Source: Rickettsiales bacterium
GTDB lineage: Bacteria; Pseudomonadota; Alphaproteobacteria; Rickettsiales; UBA998
Length of the DNA stretch: 64,000 nucleotides
Direction: 5' to 3'
Assembly (NCBI GenBank): GCA_024304995.1
Contig: JAMWZD010000001.1
Span: 641,472-705,471 of the forward strand
Part shown: positions 9,470 through 18,488 of the stretch, piece by piece
How the letters are laid out: each line of letters starts with the position of its first letter
How positions within the stretch are numbered: position 1 is the stretch's first letter
The notes under the pieces: model-generated
What the model saw: the letters and a program-made list of their open reading frames with translations, nothing else
Databases searched by the model: none
Told to the model about the DNA's origin: nothing
Made by a program: the position numbers and the translations under genes

Positions 9470-12034
9470 ATGAGCAATACTGATTTTTTAAACCAATCTG
9501 ACTATGACGCAAAAGCGGCAGAAGCGCATTGGCAGCAGGCATGGGACGAAGCAAAATGCTTTGCCTATAATGATACTGAAACTGACAAGAAGCCGTATTA
9601 CGTGCTGGAAATGTTTCCGTACCCTTCAGGCAATATCCATATGGGTCATGTGCGAAACTACACGCTGGGAGATGTGACCGCACGGTATAACCGCGCCAAA
9701 GGCAATGAGGTGCTGTATCCTATGGGGTGGGACGCGTTTGGTTTGCCAGCAGAAAATGCCGCCATTCAGCGCGGTGCGCACCCTGCAGATTGGACGTATA
9801 ATAATATAGAATCCATGCGTGAACAGCTGAAATCTATGGGGCTATCTTATGACTGGTCACGCGAAGTTAAAACCTGCCACCCTGATTATTATCAGCATGA
9901 ACAGCGTTTCTTTCTGGAGTTTTTAAAACAGGGTTTAGCCTATCGCAAAGAATCGTTTGTAAACTGGGATCCTGTGGACAACACCGTGCTTGCGAATGAG
10001 CAAGTGGTGGACGGCAAAGGCTGGCGCTCTGGTGCGCCTGTGGAGCGCCGCAAGCTGACACAATGGTTTTTGAAGATCACTGAATTTGCAGATGATCTGA
10101 TTGAAGGATTGGACGAACTTTCTGGCTGGCCTGAAAAAGTCCGCATCATGCAGGAACACTGGATTGGTCGTTCTTATGGCTGTGAGATTGATTTCGCGCT
10201 AACTGGTAGTAATGAAGAAATTAAAGTTTATACCACCCGCCCCGATACACTCTTCGGTATGAGTTTTCTTGCTATTTCCGCCAATCACCCATTGGCAGAA
10301 GCGCTTGCAAAAGACAATCCTAAGGTGGCAACTTTCATCGAAGAATGCGCCGCACTGGGAACATCCGAAGAAGCATTGGAAACAGCAGAGAAGAAAGGGC
10401 TTGATACAGGGCTGAAAGTCACCAATCCCTTTAACAATAAAGAATACCCTGTCTATATCGCTAATTTCGTATTGATGGATTATGGCACAGGCGCAGTGTT
10501 TGGCTGCCCTGCACATGACCAGCGCGATTTGGATTTCGCGCGCAAATATGATTTGGAGGTGACGCCTGTTATTGCATCTGATGATGACATTACCGACACC
10601 GCCTTTACAGGCGACGGAACGCTTATCAATTCAGAGTTTCTCAACGGCATGAAAGTGGAGGCTGCCAAAGACGCAGCCATCAAGCGCCTGGAAGAAATGA
10701 GCATTGGCACGCGCAAAACGAATTATCGCCTGCGCGACTGGGGCATTTCGCGCCAGCGTTACTGGGGCTGCCCGATTCCTATTATTTACTGTGACGATTG
10801 CGGTGCAGTACCCGTGCCAGATGATCAGCTTCCTGTTGAACTGCCGAAGGATGTATCATTTGACAAACCTGGCAACCCGCTTGACCATCATCCCACTTGG
10901 AAGCATGTGGACTGCCCAGGTTGCGGCAAAGCGGCTGTGCGCGAAACAGACACATTTGATACCTTCTTTGAATCATCATGGTATTTCGTGCGCTATTGCT
11001 CACCGAATAGTGAGCGCGGCATTGACAAAGCACGCGCGAATCAATGCCTGCCAGTGGATATGTATATTGGCGGCGTGGAACATGCGGTGTTGCATCTGCT
11101 GTATGCTCGCTTTTTCACACGTGCGCTGAATAAGTGCGGATATCTGGATGTGAAAGAACCATTCAAAGGCTTGAAAACGCAAGGCATGGTCACGCATGAG
11201 ACGTACCAAAATGAGCATGATGAGTGGTTATACCCTGAAGATATTGAAAAAGATGATGCTGGGAAATGGCGTTTAACTGCTGAATATTTAGCGAAGCACC
11301 ATATGCGTGATAAGCTGAAAAATTCAAATGTAAATGTTGGACGCATCATTAAAATGAGCAAGTCCAAACATAACACGGTGGACCCGAAACACATCATCGC
11401 AAAATATGGTGCAGATACGGCGCGCCTGTTCATGATGTCAGACTCCCCACCTGAACGTGATATGGAATGGACGGATGCAGGTGTGCAAGGCGCATGGCGA
11501 TATGTCAATAAGCTCTGGCGCATGGTGCAGGCAATTGAACCTGAGAAAGGCGCAGCAAATGCAGAAGTAACCAAGCTGGCGCACAAAACCATCACATTGG
11601 TGGAAGACGCGATCACGCAATTCCAACCTAACAAAGCGGTTGCCTATATTCGTGAACTCACCAATGCGGTGAGTGGCTGCACACCAAATGATCCTGCCTA
11701 TCATTTTGGGCTGAAGATCATCACGCAACTGGTTGCCCCTATCATGCCCCATCTGGCAGAAACCTTATGGCAGAAAATGGGATATGACGGGTTGGTGGCG
11801 CAAACCGCATTCCCCGTTGCAGACCCCGCCATGCTGGTGGATGATACTGTCACCATTGCTGTGCAGGTGAACGGGAAACTGCGCGATACGCTGAATGTGA
11901 AGGCGGATGCAGGCAAGGATGAAATTGAACAGCAGGCACTGGCATTGCCGAAAATTCAGCCTTTCACCGAAGGCAAAACCATTCGCAAAGTGATTGTCGT
12001 ACCAGGGAAGATTGTTAATGTCGTGGCTGCGTAG
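9470..12034 (+). CDS. leuS: leucine--tRNA ligase
   Basis: HIGH-type motif PSGNIHMGH and KMSKS motif. Start trimmed to the ATG at 9470. Confidence 0.97.
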   Translation: MSNTDFLNQSDYDAKAAEAHWQQAWDEAKCFAYNDTETDKKPYYVLEMFPYPSGNIHMGHVRNYTLGDVTARYNRAKGNEVLYPMGWDAFGLPAENAAIQRGAHPADWTYNNIESMREQLKSMGLSYDWSREVKTCHPDYYQHEQRFFLEFLKQGLAYRKESFVNWDPVDNTVLANEQVVDGKGWRSGAPVERRKLTQWFLKITEFADDLIEGLDELSGWPEKVRIMQEHWIGRSYGCEIDFALTGSNEEIKVYTTRPDTLFGMSFLAISANHPLAEALAKDNPKVATFIEECAALGTSEEALETAEKKGLDTGLKVTNPFNNKEYPVYIANFVLMDYGTGAVFGCPAHDQRDLDFARKYDLEVTPVIASDDDITDTAFTGDGTLINSEFLNGMKVEAAKDAAIKRLEEMSIGTRKTNYRLRDWGISRQRYWGCPIPIIYCDDCGAVPVPDDQLPVELPKDVSFDKPGNPLDHHPTWKHVDCPGCGKAAVRETDTFDTFFESSWYFVRYCSPNSERGIDKARANQCLPVDMYIGGVEHAVLHLLYARFFTRALNKCGYLDVKEPFKGLKTQGMVTHETYQNEHDEWLYPEDIEKDDAGKWRLTAEYLAKHHMRDKLKNSNVNVGRIIKMSKSKHNTVDPKHIIAKYGADTARLFMMSDSPPERDMEWTDAGVQGAWRYVNKLWRMVQAIEPEKGAANAEVTKLAHKTITLVEDAITQFQPNKAVAYIRELTNAVSGCTPNDPAYHFGLKIITQLVAPIMPHLAETLWQKMGYDGLVAQTAFPVADPAMLVDDTVTIAVQVNGKLRDTLNVKADAGKDEIEQQALALPKIQPFTEGKTIRKVIVVPGKIVNVVAA

Positions 12035-12497
12035 CATAATCGTTTGTATCGCGCTAGGCGCTTGTGGTTTTATGCCAGTTTACAAAAAGGGTACGTCACA
12101 GGAAGCATTGCAACATGTGAAAGTGGAAGCCGCGCGTGACCGCAATGCGCAGCTATTTGCAACTGCTCTGGAAGATAAATTACAATATAAAGCGCTGCAG
12201 GCTGCGGAATATACACTCACGCCCATTATCACTACCAGTTCCTTGCCACTCAGTATTGAGCAGGACGGAACGGCGCTACGTTACCGCATTACAGGCAAAG
12301 CGATCTATAGCCTGCGCGATGCAGCAGGAAAAACTGTGCATCAGGGCAGCGTGGAACGGCTTGGCAGTTATAACATCTCCGAAGCGGATTTTTCACGCTA
12401 TGTCAGTGAACAGGACGCACGCGAACAGGTGATTGAAGGACTCGCCGAAGCCATGCGCATGGAGTTAATACAATTTTTCCAAAATCGTGATACATAA
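12018..12497 (+). CDS. lptE: LPS-assembly lipoprotein LptE
   Basis: Lipobox IALGAC after the ATG at 12018. Overlaps the leuS 3' end. Occupies the canonical leuS-lptE-holA position. Confidence 0.75.
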   Translation: MSWLRSIIVCIALGACGFMPVYKKGTSQEALQHVKVEAARDRNAQLFATALEDKLQYKALQAAEYTLTPIITTSSLPLSIEQDGTALRYRITGKAIYSLRDAAGKTVHQGSVERLGSYNISEADFSRYVSEQDAREQVIEGLAEAMRMELIQFFQNRDT

Positions 12498-12503
12498 GAG
12501 AGT

Positions 12504-12890
12504 ATGAACGGAGAAGAAACCAGACGCTTCATAGGCAGAATTATTATGTGTTTATTCGCAGGAATGCTCTTTTGGGTCTATTCCCAGCGCAATATCCCCA
12601 CAGGGTCATTTTCGCAAATGGGACTGTTTCTATTTACCTTCTTTCTGAATTTCTGCACTCAGTGGGCAATTTATAAATTGCAGGTACTGTGCGGAAAATG
12701 GATGCAGATGGTGCTGCTGGCACTGCAATGCATCTTTTTTTACTGGACATGGGAACACTCAAAATTTGTGTTTGTCGCACATGGATACAGGGAATATGAA
12801 AATTTTCTCTATACTCCATTAGAACAATTCGGCTTCATCTTTCCCTTATTTATTGTGATGCTGATTGTGCATACGGTGCGTAGCCGATAA
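12504..12890 (+). CDS. hypothetical polytopic membrane protein
   Basis: 128 aa with about 4 TM segments. Starts 7 nt after the lptE stop. No recognisable family. Confidence 0.45.
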   Translation: MNGEETRRFIGRIIMCLFAGMLFWVYSQRNIPTGSFSQMGLFLFTFFLNFCTQWAIYKLQVLCGKWMQMVLLALQCIFFYWTWEHSKFVFVAHGYREYENFLYTPLEQFGFIFPLFIVMLIVHTVRSR

Positions 12891-12950
12891 GTCACCATAT
12901 AGCATAGTGAAACTGTTGCGTTTTGCGCAAACCCCTTCTACATTTGTTTT

Positions 12951-13973
12951 ATGCAACTTAAACCCCGTGACCTTCCAGCATATCTCAAAAACCCCGCTGC
13001 CTATAAAGCCGTGCTGATTTACGGCCCGGATGAAGGGCTGGTGCGTTCACGAAAAGATGCGATCTTAAAAACGATGGGGGTGAGCAAGGATGACCCGTTT
13101 GCCTATAATGCATATGACAGCCCGCAAATTGCTGATGAACCCTCATTGTTGCATGAAGGGTTAAGTGCCACCACATTGATGGGAGATGCACCCGTCATTG
13201 CCATTGCGCAGGCAACAGACAAAATTACTGCGCATGTGAAATCTGCACTGGAAAGCATCACCCAACCCAACCCGCTCATCATCACGGCAGGGGATTTGCA
13301 GAAACGTTCATCCCTTCGCAGTTTTTTTGAAGATGCTAAAGCGCGGGATGTTGCGAGCATTCCATGTTATCGTGACGAAGGCGCAAGCCTTGCGCAATTG
13401 GTGCGCAGCTTTCTGCAGGCACGCAAAATTGAAGCCTCCCCCCAACTGATAACCTTGCTGAGCGAACAGCTTGGCAATGACCGCGCAGTGACTGTCAGCG
13501 AACTGGAAAAACTGGATTTATATCTGGGAGAACGTCGCAGATTAAGCGAAGATGATATTGAAAAGATTCTTGCCAACAACCAGCACAGAGAAAGCAGTGA
13601 TGCATTGCTGGATGGATTATGTGGCAATCAGGCTAATTTTTATGAAAAATATGATGCGCTGATCGCTGCAGGAGAACAGCCCATTGCGCTGCTTCGTCTG
13701 CTTGGGCGGATTATGCAACAATTGCTGGATGCCAAAGCCATGCAGCAGCAGGATCAGCTTTCCCCTGCATCCGCTGTGGAACGATTGCGCCCATTTGTGT
13801 ATTTCAAAGATAAGCCGCGATATATAAACATCCTTAGCCGCATGGATATGCCACATCTGCTCAGCCTCATGTGCAATGTGCAGGATGCTGAACTGCAAAT
13901 TAAGCGAGGAGCATTACACCACGAACTGATTATATCGCAGATGCTTATGTTAAGGAGAACACTTCCTAACTAA
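12951..13973 (+). CDS. holA: DNA polymerase III delta subunit
   Basis: 340 aa with the synteny position after lptE. N-terminal LIYGPDEGL motif. Confidence 0.85.
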   Translation: MQLKPRDLPAYLKNPAAYKAVLIYGPDEGLVRSRKDAILKTMGVSKDDPFAYNAYDSPQIADEPSLLHEGLSATTLMGDAPVIAIAQATDKITAHVKSALESITQPNPLIITAGDLQKRSSLRSFFEDAKARDVASIPCYRDEGASLAQLVRSFLQARKIEASPQLITLLSEQLGNDRAVTVSELEKLDLYLGERRRLSEDDIEKILANNQHRESSDALLDGLCGNQANFYEKYDALIAAGEQPIALLRLLGRIMQQLLDAKAMQQQDQLSPASAVERLRPFVYFKDKPRYINILSRMDMPHLLSLMCNVQDAELQIKRGALHHELIISQMLMLRRTLPN

Positions 13974-14021
13974 AACCATAAGTATTATTCAGTATATTAA
14001 ATTGATTTTTAGTTATATATA

Positions 14022-14048
14022 TTGACTTTAATAAATTTGAAATATAAT
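14022..14048 (+). promoter_or_regulatory. sigma70-like promoter candidate for the PanA-like operon
   Basis: TTGACT, a short 15-nt spacer, then TATAAT. GGAGGG RBS lies 7 nt before the TTG start at 14083. Confidence 0.25.
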
Positions 14049-14082
14049 CACATTATTAATTTATAATGAGGGAGGGAACAAA

Positions 14083-14670
14083 TTGACTAACAATTCCAAA
14101 AACTTTCATTATACAATAAGTAATATCTTTGAAAACGAATTAAAGATAGATGATCCTGCGTACACTCCAGGAAGTGTGGTAAATTGGATCTTTGAACAAG
14201 CTCGTTTAGACAATATACGTGATATATCAGCAATGAAGTTACAAAAATTACTTTATTTTATGCATGGAAATTATTTAAGATCTTTTAATAAACCTCTAGT
14301 TAATGAATATGCTCAAGCTTGGGACTATGGTCCTGTTTTTCCATCTGTTTATCATGAATATAAAACCAATGGATCTAAAGCTATTCCACTCAATGATATA
14401 AATTTAATGAGAGAATATGACACAAATATCAAAAAGTTTGTTCCGCTAATAGTAAACCGTAATGACAAAGAAACCATAACTATTTTACGAAATACATGGG
14501 AAAAATATAAAGATAAAAGCGCTAGTTATTTATCTGATCTAACTCATAGACCTGATGATGATAACCCTTGGATTATAATAAGAAATATATCTAAAGAAGA
14601 GAAAATATCGAACATATCAACTCCCAATAGCATTATCAAAAAATATTTTGATGAAAATAACGACTTATAG
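14083..14670 (+). CDS. Panacea (DUF4065) domain protein, PanA/SocA-like antitoxin
   Basis: MKLQKLLYFMHGNYL...AQAWDYGPVFPSVYHEYK matches the DUF4065 core. TTG start with a strong RBS. Very AT-rich (13/60 GC in the first 60 nt). Confidence 0.8.
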   Translation: MTNNSKNFHYTISNIFENELKIDDPAYTPGSVVNWIFEQARLDNIRDISAMKLQKLLYFMHGNYLRSFNKPLVNEYAQAWDYGPVFPSVYHEYKTNGSKAIPLNDINLMREYDTNIKKFVPLIVNRNDKETITILRNTWEKYKDKSASYLSDLTHRPDDDNPWIIIRNISKEEKISNISTPNSIIKKYFDENNDL

Positions 14671-14679
14671 TTCAATGTG

Positions 14680-15240
14680 ATGGATGATGAGGAAATAAGA
14701 TTAGAAGAAGAGGCGAAGAAAAATGTTGCTATTGCTTATGGTAATGCACATAGAAACAGAGCTATCACTTTAGGTAAAAGACTAAAATGCTGGTATTATA
14801 TAATTGTTGGTGAAGTAATCTTATTAATTGCATCTTTTTTTGTATATAACTGTTTGTTCACAAAAAGCATTAACACAATTAAAGAAAGTCTATGCGAAGC
14901 AAAGTATTGTTACTTAGAAGCATCACAGATTCTCACAGTTTACTATATAGGGAAAGCTAGTTTTGTAAGTACTTTTATAATAATATTAATATGGACACTT
15001 AAACGTGTTACTCGTTTACAAGCTATGAGAATGATTCACTCAGACAAAGCCGTCATGGCAAACACTTTACAAACACTATTAGGTACAGAATTAGATAAAA
15101 ATTCAATTTTACGTCAAGCAACCAAAAATATGTTTAGCTCTTCTTTCGAAGTCATAAATACAAAAAAGAAAAACAAATCTTCTGAAATTATAGAATTAAA
15201 GGAATTATTGAATACTTTACTAAAAGAAAAAGAGGATTAA
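14680..15240 (+). CDS. hypothetical two-TM protein, candidate toxin partner of the Panacea protein
   Basis: Starts 10 nt after the upstream stop. Two TM helices (WYYIIVGEVILLIASFFVY and FVSTFIIILIWTL) and a charged coiled-coil-like tail. No recognisable family. Confidence 0.5.
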   Translation: MDDEEIRLEEEAKKNVAIAYGNAHRNRAITLGKRLKCWYYIIVGEVILLIASFFVYNCLFTKSINTIKESLCEAKYCYLEASQILTVYYIGKASFVSTFIIILIWTLKRVTRLQAMRMIHSDKAVMANTLQTLLGTELDKNSILRQATKNMFSSSFEVINTKKKNKSSEIIELKELLNTLLKEKED

Positions 15241-15255
15241 CTATCTACGACACAT

Positions 15256-15690
15256 TTAATACAGCGCCATCATCACGCTGTGCAGGGTAATGACTAATGC
15301 AGTCATCACTGCACGCATATCCATAAACCACATTAGCGTAGCATCATAAATGCGTCTTTCTATCAGATAATGCACTCCAAATGCAGTCATATAAAGCAGC
15401 AGGCAGACTGTATCTGGCAGCGTAATTCCGAACAATGCCACCAGCGAGGGCATCACCGAATAACTCAGCCACCAGCATTTCGGTTTGTGGGAGGTCAGAC
15501 TATAGATCCAGATAACACCTCCCAGAAAAGAGAGTATGATCGCACTGTAAAAACGGAATATCTGCACGGGCGGCACGTCCAGCAGGGTGAGTCCCATATA
15601 ATGCAATATGATACATATGATAAACGGGGTCATGCCAGAGGCTGACAACACCCAGCTTTGTTTTTTGATGCTCTGTTCCATAGGTTGCAT
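15256..15690 (-). CDS. DUF3429-like membrane protein
   Basis: 144 aa with about 4 TM segments. YSAIILSFLGGVIW motif. Confidence 0.55.
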   Translation of the reverse strand: MQPMEQSIKKQSWVLSASGMTPFIICIILHYMGLTLLDVPPVQIFRFYSAIILSFLGGVIWIYSLTSHKPKCWWLSYSVMPSLVALFGITLPDTVCLLLYMTAFGVHYLIERRIYDATLMWFMDMRAVMTALVITLHSVMMALY

Positions 15691-15745
15691 ATAAGACGAA
15701 TTTACGTAATAACAATATTATTTCTGGCAAATTATGCCCTGCCCC

Positions 15746-15774
15746 TTCACAACCGCTTCAAATTCACTTATATT
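15746..15774 (+). promoter_or_regulatory. sigma70-like promoter candidate for ssrA
   Basis: TTCACA, 17-nt spacer, then TATATT. Lies about 85 nt upstream of the acceptor-piece 3' end. Confidence 0.4.
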
Positions 15775-15780
15775 AAAAGG

Positions 15781-16180
15781 GTTGGTAACAACTATGGTAA
15801 TAGAGCTGAAACTGGAATAAGCGACCTGGACCCGGGGGCAGTACCCGGCATCTCCACCTGATGAGTTGGTGGTTGGTAGTGATTCGTTGGTAGATTGCAA
15901 ACCACCAACTACATACTAACCGACTCCTCAGGTGGGGATGACACAGCTTCGACAGGCGTAATAAAGAGTGGATGTTTACCCGGTATGAGCAATACCGATT
16001 GCCCACAAGGCAACAACATGCTCACATTCAATAAGTGCAAACGATAACAACGCACTTGTTGCTGCTAACGACAACAACGTCGTAGCTGCTTCTATTGCTG
16101 CCTAAGGGACGCAATAAATAAGCACTAGCAGTGAACGCGGTCTGGGGGGCGCCGGGCAACAGAATGCCTCCCGCTTGATT
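15781..16180 (+). ncRNA. ssrA: two-piece (circularly permuted) tmRNA
   Basis: T-arm CCGGG-GGCAGTA-CCCGG plus CATCTCC-ACC ends at 15858. The 5' acceptor strand GGGGATG...CTTCGAC starts downstream at 15934, and the two strands pair with a G3-U. Tag ORF 16037-16105 starts with GCA and ends in ..IAA-TAA. The outer ends are approximate. Confidence 0.8.
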
Positions 16181-16363
16181 TTCCTTGCTTTTATCCTGAT
16201 GTTTATCTATGACTATTATTGATTAATCAATTTATATGCATGTCTGCAGCATCCATATAGATCTTTTTACGGTCGCTCCGTAAATCATTTCAACTTTTAG
16301 TCGTTTTTAATAAAACGATTTTTCGAAAGTCTACCCTAGTATTTTATTTCATTTTTTCTAATC

Positions 16364-17503
16364 ATGAAAATTCAAAAAATAGGTCAATTTTTCGCGTCCG
16401 CTTCTTTGATTCTTGGTTTGAGCCTGTCTGCTTCCGAAGCAGTTAATGCTCAAAATCTGCAAATTGAGAAATTTGGTACGCCTGTGCAATTTCAAACCCC
16501 TGAAGGGTTTGCTGATACGATAGACAGAAAAACGCAGTTAGAGCAGGAAACAACTGACAAATTGCCAGAGAACACTGAATATACATTTGATGATGTTGAA
16601 CCTGTCAACACGCCCTCGCGTGAAGACACAAACAGTATTATCAGGCAACAATTTCAGAATGACACTGGCAAGCCAGATGATGTTTATGTAGAGCCTTCTC
16701 TGCCTGAACGCACTCGCACTCGCAAAAGACAACCTGTTGATGAAATTCGCCCCGCCCCTCGGCGTGAACGGATTTATCGTCAACCTGTTGTGGCGCGCGA
16801 AACTGTTGTAGAAGGCTTTGTAGAATCGTCAGCAGCAGCGCTTGGAGGTAAGATTACTTCCGACGTTGCGGCAGGTAACAATTGGCGTGTTGGCGCAAGC
16901 GGTGGCATCATTTACTATAATGATGCAGCTAACGGCGCTGAATTGGATGTTAATTTAGGAGTAAATGGAACCTATGAAGTTTCTCCAAGACTTGACATTA
17001 ATGCGGCTATTGACGTAACTGCCAGAAACCAGAATGATGACATTGAAGCGATAAGAACTCTCACACTCAACCCAGAGTACAATGCAGGGTCTAATCGAAA
17101 CAATGACATTCTTGTGGGTGGCAAACTCGTTAATCAAAGTGGCGGAATAGATGCTTATCAGGACTTTAACCGAAGCACTGTATATGCAACTTATGCAACA
17201 GATAATCTGACGGCAACTGTTTCTGCCTATCCTTTCATATCCTCTGCCTCCCTTGATGCAGAATATGAAGTTCAGGAAGGAACGAAGTTATCAGCTTATT
17301 TGGAAACCCCTCATACAGCCGATGCTGTCGAGGTCAACACTCAGCTTGATGCAAGTGTTGCTCAAGATGTAGCTAATAACGTTTTCAGCAATAATGACGT
17401 TATCACTCTTACAGGTGGATACCGCTCAGGCGCAGACTCCTTAGGAAACAACACCGTCTCAGATGGTGTTTACATTGGAGGCAGCTACCAACTACAGTTA
17501 TAA
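16364..17503 (+). CDS. secreted, possibly outer-membrane beta-rich protein
   Basis: Signal peptide ...LSASEAVNAQ. A charged low-complexity region is followed by an alternating beta-like C-terminal half. Confidence 0.5.
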   Translation: MKIQKIGQFFASASLILGLSLSASEAVNAQNLQIEKFGTPVQFQTPEGFADTIDRKTQLEQETTDKLPENTEYTFDDVEPVNTPSREDTNSIIRQQFQNDTGKPDDVYVEPSLPERTRTRKRQPVDEIRPAPRRERIYRQPVVARETVVEGFVESSAAALGGKITSDVAAGNNWRVGASGGIIYYNDAANGAELDVNLGVNGTYEVSPRLDINAAIDVTARNQNDDIEAIRTLTLNPEYNAGSNRNNDILVGGKLVNQSGGIDAYQDFNRSTVYATYATDNLTATVSAYPFISSASLDAEYEVQEGTKLSAYLETPHTADAVEVNTQLDASVAQDVANNVFSNNDVITLTGGYRSGADSLGNNTVSDGVYIGGSYQLQL

Positions 17504-17521
17504 AAAGCGCCTTCGCTTTTT
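17503..17521 (+). terminator. terminator hairpin 1
   Basis: AAAAGCG-cctt-CGCTTTTT, immediately after the stop codon. Confidence 0.5.
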
Positions 17522-17548
17522 ATAACTGACTAAAACCTTAAACCTTAT

Positions 17549-17582
17549 AAGACATTGCCTGATCAGCAATGTCTTTTTTTTG
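17549..17582 (+). terminator. rho-independent terminator 2
   Basis: AAGACATTGC-ctgatca-GCAATGTCTT followed by a T8 run. Confidence 0.75.
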
Positions 17583-17651
17583 TCATATTGCATCAACACA
17601 AATTTAAGATAGTTATGTAAAACTGCAGATAAATAATAAAAATATATCATT

Positions 17652-18398
17652 ATGCAGACATATGAAGTAGCCGCAGGAGACGTATTATTCCGAGAGGGGG
17701 ACAAGGGAGAGTTTGCCTGTGTGATCCGCAAAGGCAGGGTGCAGATTCTTAAATCCACCAAACAGGGAGAGGTGGAGCTTGCCATATTGGAAGAAGGCGA
17801 GGTATTTGGCGAAATGGCACTGTTTGAGCCGAAGGACACACGTTCCGCCACGGCGCGCGCTTTAGATGATCTAATAGTCGATGTGATTGGTGAAGATGAA
17901 ATGCACGCATTAATACGCCAGTCTCCACAAATGTTGCAGCCTTTCGTCTCCGCGCTGGTGACGCGGCTTCGTGAAATCAACATTCGCCTGGCAGAAAAAG
18001 AACGTGCCACAATGATTCTGGGCAGGCAGATAAACAGTTTTACAATTACAGCGAAAAATGCCATTGAAGGGCTGGTGGACACTGCACAGATCACCATAGC
18101 TGATTTGCCCTTCACCGTTGGCGGTTACAATAAAGATGAAAAACGTCCTTATCGCGAAGCTATGGAAATCCCCTGCCCGCCTCAGAACATGAATGTCAGC
18201 TTCCTGCATTGCGCCATTGAGCGCCATGAAGATGGGATTTATGTGGTGGATAAAGGCTCACGCTTTCAGACACATGTGAACGGGCGTTCCATCGGGCGCG
18301 GAGAAGCCTCAACCAAAGCGCTGCTGACGCCAGGTGAAAATCAGGTGATTCTGGGCAAGCGCGAAGCCAGCATGGAACTGGAAATCGTCTGCAGTTAA
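17652..18398 (+). CDS. cyclic nucleotide-binding domain + FHA domain protein
   Basis: N-terminal cNMP beta-roll (FGEMALF...RSATARAL). C-terminal FHA-like region (FTVGG...HCAIERHEDGIYVVDKGSRFQTHVNG). Confidence 0.7.
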   Translation: MQTYEVAAGDVLFREGDKGEFACVIRKGRVQILKSTKQGEVELAILEEGEVFGEMALFEPKDTRSATARALDDLIVDVIGEDEMHALIRQSPQMLQPFVSALVTRLREINIRLAEKERATMILGRQINSFTITAKNAIEGLVDTAQITIADLPFTVGGYNKDEKRPYREAMEIPCPPQNMNVSFLHCAIERHEDGIYVVDKGSRFQTHVNGRSIGRGEASTKALLTPGENQVILGKREASMELEIVCS

Positions 18399-18488
18399 TC
18401 GGCAAAAACACAGCATTGTCACTTGACCCTTACGGCAAAAAACCTTATTCTTCCCAGAATTTGCCTAGAACCTAACTTTTGGACGTGT

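Noticed and set aside
11041-11634. 197-aa minus-strand ORF (and neighbours at 11000-12037) inside leuS
   Set aside because: It is antisense to an unambiguous leuS coding region and has no motifs.
15658-16006. Four short ORFs (60-77 aa) on both strands between the DUF3429 gene and 16006
   Set aside because: The region is explained by the ssrA promoter, acceptor piece, intervening hairpin and the start of the coding piece.
13974-16180. Idea that the PanA-like islet is a genomic island integrated at ssrA
   Set aside because: The islet is upstream of ssrA and separated from it by the divergently oriented DUF3429 gene. I found no integrase and no duplicated ssrA 3' end to serve as an att repeat.
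17498-18115. 205-aa minus-strand ORF overlapping the cNMP-FHA gene and two + strand terminators
   Set aside because: It is antisense to a gene with clear domains. It would also have to read through strong hairpins, and its composition is low-complexity and Ser/Arg-rich.
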